Positions 1 through 9,566 of a stretch of DNA of 57,057 nucleotides are shown in pieces. The translations under genes and the position numbers were made by a program. The notes beneath the pieces were generated by a model. The model was not told where the DNA came from. It did no database searches and worked only from the letters and a program-made list of their open reading frames with translations. Location of the stretch: assembly GCA_018671515.1 (NCBI GenBank), contig JABHHN010000072.1:1-57057 (forward strand), written 5' to 3'. Source of the stretch: an archaeon (GTDB lineage Archaea; Nanobdellota; Nanobdellia; Woesearchaeales; GW2011-AR15). Each line of letters starts with the position of its first letter. The first letter of the stretch is position 1.

Positions 1-1
1 A

Positions 2-460
2 TTTAGTCTTATCAAAGAAGTAATAAAAGGAAAAAAAGTATTATTGATGGATGATAGTATCATAAGAGGAAATACATCTAAGAATCTGATTAATTATTTA
101 AGAAAAGAAGGTGGTGCAAAAGAAATCCATTTAAGGATATCATGTCCAGCAGTTGTCAGTCCATGTTTTTATGGAATTGACATGTCTACAATTTCTGAAT
201 TAATAGCTTCTAAATATATTAAAAATGTAGGTGAAGATATTGATAAAGAATCTTCTAAAAAACTTGCAAAAGAATTAGGTGCAGATTCAATATTGTATCA
301 AAATATTGAAAATATTCCAAATGCAATAGGTATTCCTAGGAAAAATTTATGTATGGCATGTATTGATGGAAAATATCCAACAGAACAAGGAAAAAAACTT
401 TGTAAAAAATCAATTGAAAATTATAAATTGGGATTGAATGTAAGAACTTATGAGGGATGA
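2..460 (+). CDS. purF: Amidophosphoribosyltransferase, C-terminal part (gene starts before the window)
   Basis: Frame open from base 2; PRPP-binding motif VLLMDDSIIRGNTS, PCFYGIDM, LCMACIDGKYP; directly upstream of purD. Confidence 0.95.
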   Translation, partial: FSLIKEVIKGKKVLLMDDSIIRGNTSKNLINYLRKEGGAKEIHLRISCPAVVSPCFYGIDMSTISELIASKYIKNVGEDIDKESSKKLAKELGADSILYQNIENIPNAIGIPRKNLCMACIDGKYPTEQGKKLCKKSIENYKLGLNVRTYEG

Positions 461-463
461 AAT

Positions 464-562
464 ATGAAATATAAAATATATTCAATCACTAAAAATTTTA
501 TAAATTTTTGTGCACAAAAAAACTTTGTTTTTTTAGTGTCTCAAAATCAAGGAGGATTTTAA
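464..562 (+). repeat. Double-hairpin palindromic intergenic element (487-540) spanned by a 32-codon ORF
   Basis: CAC-T-AAAAATTT-TAT-AAATTTTT-GTG and CAC-AAAAAAAC-TTT-GTTTTTTT-A-GTG; ATG at 464 with GAGGGA upstream, TAA ending at 562. Confidence 0.55.
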
Positions 563-566
563 GATC

Positions 567-1838
567 ATGAAAGTTTTAATATTGGGCAGTGGTGGACGTG
601 AACATGCATTAGCATGGAAAATTTCTAAAGAAACAAATATTGAAAAAATATATTGTGCACCAGGAAATGCAGGAACATACAATGTAGCAGAAAATGTTAA
701 CCTCGACATTATGGATAATGATTTGTTGATAGATTTTGTAAAAGAAAATTCAATAGGTTTGACAATTGTAGGTCCAGAGGCACCATTAGTTAATGGAATT
801 ATTGATGAATTCGAAAAAAATAATCTTAAAATATTTGGTCCTAAAAAATATGCTGCAATGCTTGAAGGAAGTAAAGTTTTCTCAAAAAAAATAATGCAGA
901 AATATGGAATTCCAACATCACGTGGAGAAGTATTTTCTGATATCGAACTTGCTATTGAATTTGTAAAAAGTAATCCATGGGCAAGAGTTGTCAAAGCAGA
1001 TGGTCTTGCTGCTGGAAAAGGTGTATATGTATGTGATGATGAAAATGAAGTAATAAATGCAATAACTGAAATCATGCAAAATAAAAAATTTGGAGATGCA
1101 GGAAATAAAATTTTACTTGAGGAAAAGCTTGTAGGTGAAGAAGCATCATTTTTGGTTTTTAGTGATGGAAAAATAGTAAAACCAATGGTATCAACTCAAG
1201 ATCATAAGGCAGTTTATGTTGGTGATAAAGGCCCAAATACTGGTGGGATGGGTGCTTATGGACCTGCTCCAGTAATTACAAAAGAATTACATAATTATGC
1301 AATGGAAAAAATCATGTTACCTACAATAAATGCAATGGCAAGTGAAGGTACACCTTATGTTGGGATATTATATGGTGGATTGATGATTACAAAAGATGGC
1401 CCAAAAGTAATTGAATTTAATTGTAGATTTGGAGATCCTGAAGCTCAACCGATTCTTACATTGCTTAAATCAAATTTGATAGATATAATTAAGAGTTGTA
1501 TTGATGGGACACTTGATATGCAGGATGTTGTTTTTGATGAAGGTGCAGCTTGCTGTGTAGTACTTGCATCTGGTGGATATCCAGGAGCATATGAAAAAGG
1601 AAAAAAAATATCAGGAATTGCTCTTGCTGATGAAGTAGATAGAGTGAAAGTATTTCACGGAGGAACAAAAATATCAGAAGGAGATGTTTTGACAAATGGT
1701 GGAAGGGTTTTAGGTGTTACAGGAATTGGAAATTCAATAAAAGAATCTATTGATAATGCATATTTGGGAGTTTCCAAAATAGATTTTGAAAATAATTATT
1801 TTAGAAAAGATATTGGACAAAAAGCATTAGGTAGGTAA
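567..1838 (+). CDS. purD: Phosphoribosylamine-glycine ligase
   Basis: GSGGREHALAW, KADGLAAGKGV, GPNTGGMGAY, EFNCRFGDPE; SD AAGGAGG. Confidence 0.98.
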   Translation: MKVLILGSGGREHALAWKISKETNIEKIYCAPGNAGTYNVAENVNLDIMDNDLLIDFVKENSIGLTIVGPEAPLVNGIIDEFEKNNLKIFGPKKYAAMLEGSKVFSKKIMQKYGIPTSRGEVFSDIELAIEFVKSNPWARVVKADGLAAGKGVYVCDDENEVINAITEIMQNKKFGDAGNKILLEEKLVGEEASFLVFSDGKIVKPMVSTQDHKAVYVGDKGPNTGGMGAYGPAPVITKELHNYAMEKIMLPTINAMASEGTPYVGILYGGLMITKDGPKVIEFNCRFGDPEAQPILTLLKSNLIDIIKSCIDGTLDMQDVVFDEGAACCVVLASGGYPGAYEKGKKISGIALADEVDRVKVFHGGTKISEGDVLTNGGRVLGVTGIGNSIKESIDNAYLGVSKIDFENNYFRKDIGQKALGR

Positions 1839-1840
1839 AA

Positions 1841-3238
1841 ATGGAGAAACAGGAATTACGTAAGGAATTTTTGAAAAAAAGAAAAAAATTTAGTATAGAC
1901 AATGTTGTACATTTGAGTAAAAAAATAAATTCTAATTTAAAAATATTAAAAGAATATGTTAATGCAAATTCTATACTTTTTTATGTCTCATTTGGAAATG
2001 AAGTAGATACACATGAATTAATAAAAAAAGCAATATTAGATGGAAAAAAAGTTTATGTACCAAAAATGAATGGTGAGGATATTGAAGTTCATTTATTGAA
2101 AGATTTTTCAACTTTGAAAGAAAATAAATTAGGTATACTAGAACCAAATGGTTCAGAAGCAATAAAAAGTATTGATGAAATTAATATAATAATTATTCCA
2201 GGAGTTGCATTTGATAAAAAAGGAAATAGAATAGGTTTTGGAAAAAGTAATTATGATAGATTTTTAAAAAATATAGAAGTTAAAAAAATAGGATTAGCAT
2301 ATGATTTTCAGGTAGTAGAAAATATTGAGATTGAAGAACATGATATTCCAATTGATATCTTGATTACAGAATCTAAATTATATAATTTTGATAGAATAAT
2401 TAATGGAAGTAAATTATCAAACTGGAATCTAAAAAAATTAGAAAAAGAAATTAGGATTTTAGATAGGAAACCAACTTTAGCAGTAGTTTTGATTGGTGAA
2501 AATCCAGCTTCAAAGATATACGTAAATATTAAAAAGAAAAGATGTGAACAGGTTGGAATAAATTCAAGAATTTACAAATTAGATAAAGAGATTTCTCAAG
2601 AAGATGTCATTTCTATAATTGAAGATTTAAATAATGATAAAACAGTAAATGGAATACTTGTCCAATTACCAATTCCAAATCATTTGGATGAAAATGAAAT
2701 AATCAATACAATTTTACCAGATAAAGATGTAGACTGTCTTACACAAATAAATTCAGGAAAATTATTTTCAGGAAAATCATTTGTTGAACCATGTACACCA
2801 AAAGGAATTATAAAATTGATTGAATCAACAGGAACAAGTATTTCTGGAAAAAATGCTGTAGTTATAGGACGAAGTAATATTGTTGGAAAACCAATATCAC
2901 TTATGCTTCTAAATAATAATGCTACAGTTACTACATGTCATTCAAAAACATTGGATATGAAAGAGATAACAAAAAATGCAGATATTTTGATAGTTGCTAT
3001 TGGAAAACCAAAATTTGTTACAAAAGATATGATTAAAAAAGATGTAATCATAATTGATGTTGGAATAAACAGAGTTGAGGATAAAATATTTGGTGATGTA
3101 GATTTTGAAAATGTAAAAGATAAATGTTCTTTTATAACTCCTGTACCACGTGGTGTTGGACCGATGACTGTCGCAATGCTCATGGAAAATACTCTTATTT
3201 GTTATAAAAAACAACTAGGTGATGAAAATGTCAAATAA
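1841..3238 (+). CDS. folD: Fusion of 5-formyltetrahydrofolate cyclo-ligase (about aa 1-180) and methylene-THF dehydrogenase/cyclohydrolase FolD
   Basis: N-half: PGVAFDKKGNRIGFGKSNYDRFL, HDIPID; C-half: GILVQLP, KDVD, PCTPKGI, GRSNIVGKP, ITPVPRGVGPMT. Confidence 0.93.
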   Translation: MEKQELRKEFLKKRKKFSIDNVVHLSKKINSNLKILKEYVNANSILFYVSFGNEVDTHELIKKAILDGKKVYVPKMNGEDIEVHLLKDFSTLKENKLGILEPNGSEAIKSIDEINIIIIPGVAFDKKGNRIGFGKSNYDRFLKNIEVKKIGLAYDFQVVENIEIEEHDIPIDILITESKLYNFDRIINGSKLSNWNLKKLEKEIRILDRKPTLAVVLIGENPASKIYVNIKKKRCEQVGINSRIYKLDKEISQEDVISIIEDLNNDKTVNGILVQLPIPNHLDENEIINTILPDKDVDCLTQINSGKLFSGKSFVEPCTPKGIIKLIESTGTSISGKNAVVIGRSNIVGKPISLMLLNNNATVTTCHSKTLDMKEITKNADILIVAIGKPKFVTKDMIKKDVIIIDVGINRVEDKIFGDVDFENVKDKCSFITPVPRGVGPMTVAMLMENTLICYKKQLGDENVK

Positions 3239-3839
3239 TATTGCAATTCTTGCCTCAACCAGAGGAACAGATATGCAGGCAATAATTGATGCAATAGAAT
3301 CAAAAGAATTAGATGCAAAAATAACAGTTATGATAAGCAATAAAGAAGATTGTTATGCATTAGAGCGGGCAAGAACTCATAATCTAAAAGGAGTATTTGT
3401 CAATCCTAAATTAAAAACAAGAGAAGAGTATGATGAAGAAATATCAAAATTATTAGAAGAAAATGAAGTAGATTTGATATTATTAATAGGATATATGAAA
3501 CTTATGAGTGATTGGTTTGTACAAAAATATAGAAATAGAGTCATGAATATCCATCCATCATTACTACCTGCTTTTGCTGGTGATATGGATGTAAATGTAC
3601 ATGAGGCAGTACTTGAACGTGGTTGTAAATATACAGGTGCATCATTGATATTTATTGATGAGGGTGCAGATACAGGACCAATCATATTACAGAAATTAAT
3701 AAAAGTTGAAAATGATGATAATGTGGATTCATTAAAAGATAAAGTTCAGATAGTAGAACAGGAATTGTTTTTGGAAGCAATACCACTTTATTTTGAAGGT
3801 AGATTAATAGTTGAAGGGAAAAGAGTATTTATTGAATAA
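3228..3839 (+). CDS. purN: Phosphoribosylglycinamide formyltransferase
   Basis: NIHPSLLPAF, DTGPIILQ; ATG 3228 follows SD AGGTGA. Confidence 0.95.
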   Translation: MSNNIAILASTRGTDMQAIIDAIESKELDAKITVMISNKEDCYALERARTHNLKGVFVNPKLKTREEYDEEISKLLEENEVDLILLIGYMKLMSDWFVQKYRNRVMNIHPSLLPAFAGDMDVNVHEAVLERGCKYTGASLIFIDEGADTGPIILQKLIKVENDDNVDSLKDKVQIVEQELFLEAIPLYFEGRLIVEGKRVFIE

Positions 3840-3922
3840 TTGATATCTTATATACCACCAGTCTATTGACAGGTGATGGTCATGAACATTTGACATAATA
3901 AAATTTTGAGGGGATAAAAAAA

Positions 3923-5545
3923 ATGATTAGGCGTGCATTAATATCAGTATTTGACAAGACAGGGATTGTAGAATTTGCTAAAGGATTAAATGAATCAGGA
4001 ATTGAAATATTAAGCACTGGTGGAACTGCAAGAAAATTAAAAGATTCAGGAATAGATGTAGTGGACGTTTCAGATTATACTGGTTTTCCAGAAATGATGG
4101 ATGGACGGGTAAAGACACTTCATCCAAAAATTCATGGAGGATTGCTTGCATTAAGAGATAATGAAAAACATATGCATGAAGCAGAAAAAAATAATATCAA
4201 GATGATTGATATTGTTGTTGTTAATTTATATCCATTTAAAGAAACTGTTAAGAAAAATTTAAGTTTTGAAGAGACAATCGAGATGATTGATATTGGTGGA
4301 CCATCAATGATTAGAAGTGCATCAAAGAATTTTAAGGATGTAATTGTTGTAATTGACCCAGAAGATTATTTATGGATTCTTGAAGAAATAAAATTAGGTC
4401 ATGATATTTCAATTGAAAAAAGAAAATCATTGGCAAAAAAAGTATTTGAAAAAACATCAATCTATGATGCAGAAATTTCATCATATATGACTGAAGAGAC
4501 TTTACCTGGATCTTATTCTATTTCATATCCTAAAAAACAGAATTTGAGATATGGTGAAAACCCCTATCAAGATGCTGCATTTTACATAGATGAAAATGTA
4601 ATTGAGCCATGTGTTGGAAATGCAGAGCAGCTCCATGGAAAAGGATTATCTTACAATAATATAATGGACACTGATGGAGCACTTGAAATAATAAAAGAAT
4701 TTGATGAGACTTGTGCTGTTGTTATAAAACATGCAAATCCATCCGGTGCGGCAGTCTCAGATAAAATTGAAGATGCACTTATTAAAGCATTTAATGCTGA
4801 TTCACTATCTGCTTTTGGTTGTGTTATAGCAATGAACAGGATTTGTAATAAAGAATGTGCAGAATTTTTATCAGATAAATTCATTGAAGTTGTAATTGCA
4901 CCAGGATATGATGACGAAGCATTTGAAATATTATCAAAGAAAAAAAATAGAAGACTTCTAAAATTACCTTCATTAAATGATAATCTTTTACATGATAATA
5001 AAGAAAAAGTTACAACAAAAAAAGTTGTAGGTGGAATTTTAGTTCAAACAAGAAACTTTCCAACAATAGATATCAATAAATTAGAAATAATCAATAATAA
5101 AGAACCTACAAAAGAAGATATTTCAAGATTGACACAAAAAGCAAAGGATGGTATTTTAGATGAATTTATTTGTGTTACAAAAAAAGAACCAACAGAGGCA
5201 GAGATAAAAGATATGATTTTCGCAATGAAAGTCTGTAAGCATGTAAAATCAAATTCAGTATTGTATGCAAAAAATTTAGTTACTGTTGGGATTGGTGCAG
5301 GACAGATGTCAAGAGTGGATGCAACAATTATTGCAACAAGAAAATCTACAGGAAAATCAGAAAATGCAGTTATGGTTTCAGATGCATTTTTCCCTTTTAG
5401 AGATGGAGTAGATGAAGCAGCAAAGTCAGGTATATCAGCAATAATTCAGCCAGGTGGCTCAATTAGGGATAAAGAAGTAATACAAGCAGCAAATGAGCAT
5501 GGTATAACTATGTTATTTACAGGAACAAGATTATTTAAACATTAA
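3923..5545 (+). CDS. purH: Bifunctional AICAR transformylase/IMP cyclohydrolase
   Basis: RALISVFDKTG, GRVKTLHPKIHGGLL, LRYGENP, KHANPSG, SDAFFPFRD, IQPGGSIRD. Confidence 0.98.
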   Translation: MIRRALISVFDKTGIVEFAKGLNESGIEILSTGGTARKLKDSGIDVVDVSDYTGFPEMMDGRVKTLHPKIHGGLLALRDNEKHMHEAEKNNIKMIDIVVVNLYPFKETVKKNLSFEETIEMIDIGGPSMIRSASKNFKDVIVVIDPEDYLWILEEIKLGHDISIEKRKSLAKKVFEKTSIYDAEISSYMTEETLPGSYSISYPKKQNLRYGENPYQDAAFYIDENVIEPCVGNAEQLHGKGLSYNNIMDTDGALEIIKEFDETCAVVIKHANPSGAAVSDKIEDALIKAFNADSLSAFGCVIAMNRICNKECAEFLSDKFIEVVIAPGYDDEAFEILSKKKNRRLLKLPSLNDNLLHDNKEKVTTKKVVGGILVQTRNFPTIDINKLEIINNKEPTKEDISRLTQKAKDGILDEFICVTKKEPTEAEIKDMIFAMKVCKHVKSNSVLYAKNLVTVGIGAGQMSRVDATIIATRKSTGKSENAVMVSDAFFPFRDGVDEAAKSGISAIIQPGGSIRDKEVIQAANEHGITMLFTGTRLFKH

Positions 5546-5563
5546 ATTAGTGGGGGTAAAAAA

Positions 5564-6331
5564 ATGATACTTATTATATTTGGTAGTAAATCAGATGAAA
5601 GAATTTATACACCTCTTTTAGATGGAATAAGAGAAAAAGAAATTGAATATGATTTATTTATTGCAAGTGCACATAAATCTCCAGGTTATGTTGAAGATAT
5701 TTTAGATGATGTTGATAAAAAATATAAGTTGATAATTGCAGGAGCAGGTCTTGCAGCTCATCTTCCAGGTGTAATAGCATCAAAAACAATCAGACCAGTA
5801 ATAGGTATTCCAATTGATGTTAATTTTTCAGGAATGGATTCATTATTATCAATAATTCAGATGCCACCATCTGTTCCTGTTCTTAGTGTTGGTATTGATG
5901 AATATAATGAATCAGTTAAAAATTCAACATTGATTTTAAAGAAATATGATAAAGTAAATATTTTGCATAAAAATTTATTTCCAGAAGGAAAATTAAAGAA
6001 AGTATTAGGCATTTTTTCAGATTTTAATATAAAATTTGAATATAATACAATCGTAAAAGTTGATTGTATAAATATCAATCCTGTGGAACTTGGACATGAT
6101 GTAGACATTCTTGAGAATTGTATATCTGTAAATATTCCAGTTTCATCTGAGTCAAATATGGATGATCTAAAAAAATTATCAGATATGACAAAAATTGGAT
6201 TGTGGGTTGGATTAAATAGATTTGATAATGCTGCAATTTCTGCAATACAGCTATTAAATTTTGATGATGAATATTCTAAAAAATTAATTAAATTTAAGAA
6301 AAATTTGGAAGAGAGTTTTAGAAATGCATAG
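5564..6331 (+). CDS. purE: AIR carboxylase/N5-CAIR mutase with a degenerate second PurE-like domain
   Basis: GSKSD, SAHK, AGAGLAAHLPG, DSLLSIIQMP; 255 aa versus about 160 aa for a typical PurE. Confidence 0.9.
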   Translation: MILIIFGSKSDERIYTPLLDGIREKEIEYDLFIASAHKSPGYVEDILDDVDKKYKLIIAGAGLAAHLPGVIASKTIRPVIGIPIDVNFSGMDSLLSIIQMPPSVPVLSVGIDEYNESVKNSTLILKKYDKVNILHKNLFPEGKLKKVLGIFSDFNIKFEYNTIVKVDCININPVELGHDVDILENCISVNIPVSSESNMDDLKKLSDMTKIGLWVGLNRFDNAAISAIQLLNFDDEYSKKLIKFKKNLEESFRNA

Positions 6332-9300
6332 AATTGAAATTGGATTGAAAGAGAATATCAAAGACCCACGTGGAGATGGGATTAAGTCTAGAATAAAAGA
6401 TGAATTGGGAATACTTGTTGACTCAGTTCGGACAATAAATATTTTTACACTTAATTTTGAACTTCCAAAAGAACAAGTTCATTTTATTGCAAAAGAATTA
6501 TTTAGGGATAAAGTAATTGAGTGCTATTCATTTGATAAATCACTTGCAAAATCTAGAGAATTTGATTTTTTGATAGAGAAAGGTTTCAAGCCTGGTGTGA
6601 CAGATAATATTGGAAAGACTGCTAAAAAAAATATTGAATTCTATTTGGATGAAAAGCTAGATGACGAAAAAAAAGTATTTTATTCAGTGCAGTATTTGAT
6701 AAAAGGGAATATTTCAAAAGAACAATTGAAAATTATTTCAAAATCAGTAATTGGAAATGAACTTATTGAAAATTTTATATTTTTTGATAAGGATGAATTT
6801 ATGGAAAAAGGAATTGGATATCCTATGCCTATTGTAAAAGGAGATTCTCAAATAAAAGTTGATACATTTGACTTATCAAAATATACAGATGAAGAGCTTC
6901 TTAAATTATCAAGAGATAGATGTCTTGCACTTGATTTGAAAGAATTAGCTCTGATAAGGGATCATTTTTTGGATGTTGAAAGATTAGAAGTAAGAGAAAA
7001 AATAGGTTTATCTAAAATGACTGATGTTGAACTTGAAGTTTTTGCACAAACTTGGTCAGAGCATTGTAAACATAAAGAGTTTGATGGGATTGTCCATTAT
7101 TCAGATCTGGAAACAGGAGAGGAAGAGACAATTAATAGCATTTTTAAGACTTATATAAAAAATTCAACTATGGAAATCAAGAAAAAACTTGGTAATGATG
7201 ATTTTCTAATAAAGATGTTTAATGATAATGCAGGGATTGTAAAATATGATGAAGATACAAATTTTGTATTTAAAGTTGAGACACATAATTCACCAAGTGC
7301 ACTTGATCCTTATGGTGGTGCAATTACAGGAATTGTTGGTGTCAATCGAGATCCAGCAGGAACTGGACGAAGCGGTGCAGTTCCATTATTTAATACAAAT
7401 GTTTTTTGTTTTGGTGATCCATTCTATAAAGCAAAATTGCCACCAAATACACTTCATCCAATGGTGATTTTCAAAGGAGTTCATACTGGTGTTAGAGATG
7501 GAGGGAACCAATCAGGAATCCCTACACTTAATGGATCATTATATTTTGATAATAGGTATATGGGAAAACCATTAGTATATTGTGGGACAGGTGCATTGAT
7601 GCCATCACAGATAAATGGTGAGGAAGTATCAAAGAAAATAATAAAACCTGGCTATCTTGCACTTATGTCTGGAGGACGTGTAGGAAAAGATGGAATTCAT
7701 GGAGTTACAATGTCATCTGAAGAAAGGCATTCAGGAACACCAGTAACAGCCGTACAAATTGGAGATGCGATTACACAAAAAGTCATGCTTGATTATATTT
7801 TTGAGATGGGACAAAAAAATTGGATAAAAGCAATTACTGATAATGGCGGTGGTGGATTATCATCATCAATGGGTGAGATTGCAAGAATATCAGGTGGTGT
7901 TGATGTTGATCTTAAAAAAGTCCCATTGAAATATCATGGGCTTCAGCCATGGGAAATATTTATTTCAGAGAGTCAGGAAAGGATGACTTTTGTAATTGAT
8001 CCAGTTGATTTAGATAAAGTAATGGAATTAGCAAAAAAAAGAGATGTTGAAGTATCAGTAATTGGTAAATTTACTGATTCAGGATATCTTAATTTATTAT
8101 ATGGTAGTCAGAAGGTTGCTCAAATTGAAATGGAATTTTTGCATGAGGGTCTACCAAAAAAAGAAATAATTGCAGAATGGAAAAAACCAAAACATGTTGA
8201 ACCTGATTTTGATGAACCTGAACTAGTTCTTTTAGAATTAAAAAAATTATTATCAGCACTTAATATATGTAGTAAGGAATATATTGTAAGGCCATATGAT
8301 CATGAAGTAAAAGGTCGAACAATCATCAAGCCATTATCAGGTGTGAAAAATGATGGTCCTAGTGATGCATCAGTAATGGCACCAAAATTAGATAGCCGTG
8401 AAGCATTAGTCATTGGTCATGGATTGTGTCCAAGATATAGTGATATTGATGCATATCATATGAGTGCGTGTGCATTTGATGAGATGGTTAGAAATATTAT
8501 TGCAACAGGTGGAAAGATAACTGATCTTGAAAATGATGAAGTTGTAATGTGGTCAATAAATGATAATTTTTGTACACCTGATTCTATATATGATGAAATA
8601 AAAAATCCAGATGGGAAATTAAAATTTGCAAATATTGTCAGAGCAAATAAAGCATTATATGATTATACAACTGCATATAATATTCCTTGTACATCAGGAA
8701 AAGATAGTATGAAAAATGATTATAAATATATTGATGAAAATGGTGAGAGTGTAAGGATTGCTGTTCCTTTGACACTTCTTTATTCAGGTGCATGTAAGAT
8801 AAAAGATTATAGGAAATGTGTGACTATTGATTTCAAAAAATCAGGTGATTTAGTCTATATTTTAGGTGAGACTAAAAAAGAATTAGGTGCTGGAGAATAT
8901 TTTAATTTACATGGTTTTATTGGAAATGATGTGCCTAAAGTAGATGCAGATTCTGCAATAAAAATGTATAAATCTGTTGGGCGGGCAATGGATGATTCAT
9001 TTATTGAATCATGTCATGATTGTTCAGATGGTGGTCTTGGTATTGCATTGGCTGAATCCGCGTTTTCAGGCGGACTAGGTGCAGATATTGATTTATCTAA
9101 AATTTCTAAAAAAGGAATTGATAGAAATGATCATCTATTATTTTCAGAATCACAGAGTAGATTTGTAGTTAGTATAAAACCAGAAAATAAAGTCAAGTTT
9201 GAAGAGATGATGGAAGGAAATGTGTTTTCAGAAGTAGGAAAAGTAATTGATGAACCTATGTTTATAGTAAAAAAATTAAATCAGGAAATTGAAAAAATAG

Positions 9301-9371
9301 GATTGCAAATTTTAAAAGAATCATGGCAGAAGCTTTTGAGGTTTGATCTGCCATTAGAAAATATAAGGTGA
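6324..9371 (+). CDS. purL: FGAM synthase subunit PurL with N-terminal PurS-like region
   Basis: DPRG and PGVTDN in the N-terminus; WSEHCKHK, ETHNSPS, GKDGIHG, SESQERM, YDHEV, GKDSM, HDCSDGG. Confidence 0.96.
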   Translation: MHRIEIGLKENIKDPRGDGIKSRIKDELGILVDSVRTINIFTLNFELPKEQVHFIAKELFRDKVIECYSFDKSLAKSREFDFLIEKGFKPGVTDNIGKTAKKNIEFYLDEKLDDEKKVFYSVQYLIKGNISKEQLKIISKSVIGNELIENFIFFDKDEFMEKGIGYPMPIVKGDSQIKVDTFDLSKYTDEELLKLSRDRCLALDLKELALIRDHFLDVERLEVREKIGLSKMTDVELEVFAQTWSEHCKHKEFDGIVHYSDLETGEEETINSIFKTYIKNSTMEIKKKLGNDDFLIKMFNDNAGIVKYDEDTNFVFKVETHNSPSALDPYGGAITGIVGVNRDPAGTGRSGAVPLFNTNVFCFGDPFYKAKLPPNTLHPMVIFKGVHTGVRDGGNQSGIPTLNGSLYFDNRYMGKPLVYCGTGALMPSQINGEEVSKKIIKPGYLALMSGGRVGKDGIHGVTMSSEERHSGTPVTAVQIGDAITQKVMLDYIFEMGQKNWIKAITDNGGGGLSSSMGEIARISGGVDVDLKKVPLKYHGLQPWEIFISESQERMTFVIDPVDLDKVMELAKKRDVEVSVIGKFTDSGYLNLLYGSQKVAQIEMEFLHEGLPKKEIIAEWKKPKHVEPDFDEPELVLLELKKLLSALNICSKEYIVRPYDHEVKGRTIIKPLSGVKNDGPSDASVMAPKLDSREALVIGHGLCPRYSDIDAYHMSACAFDEMVRNIIATGGKITDLENDEVVMWSINDNFCTPDSIYDEIKNPDGKLKFANIVRANKALYDYTTAYNIPCTSGKDSMKNDYKYIDENGESVRIAVPLTLLYSGACKIKDYRKCVTIDFKKSGDLVYILGETKKELGAGEYFNLHGFIGNDVPKVDADSAIKMYKSVGRAMDDSFIESCHDCSDGGLGIALAESAFSGGLGADIDLSKISKKGIDRNDHLLFSESQSRFVVSIKPENKVKFEEMMEGNVFSEVGKVIDEPMFIVKKLNQEIEKIGLQILKESWQKLLRFDLPLENIR

Positions 9372-9377
9372 TGAAAA

Positions 9378-9566
9378 ATGCCATTTGTTGAAATAAAATT
9401 ATGGAAAGGAAGAACTGATGAAAAGAAGAAAGATATGATTCGAAAAGTGACTGCTGCAGTAGTTGAATCAATAGATTGTCCAATTGAACATGTCAGTGTA
9501 GTGGTGACTGAATATGAATCGAAACATTGGGGAAAAGCAGGTGTTCCAGGAGACGAAATTAAATGA
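9378..9566 (+). CDS. 4-oxalocrotonate tautomerase family protein
   Basis: 62 aa, Pro after initiator Met, GRTDEKK, C-terminal HWGKAG; SD AGGTGA; ATGA overlap with purQ. Confidence 0.9.
   Translation: MPFVEIKLWKGRTDEKKKDMIRKVTAAVVESIDCPIEHVSVVVTEYESKHWGKAGVPGDEIK

Noticed and set aside
533-1075. Antisense and overlapping ORFs in the track (e.g. 533-1075, 22754-23194, 33018-33338, 37626-38024, 56402-56794)
   Set aside because: They shadow well-supported genes and have no motifs or SD; expected from codon bias
3840-3922. ZMP/ZTP riboswitch before purH
   Set aside because: The conserved GACUGGCG/GUGGG and GCCUGGGC pseudoknot elements are not present
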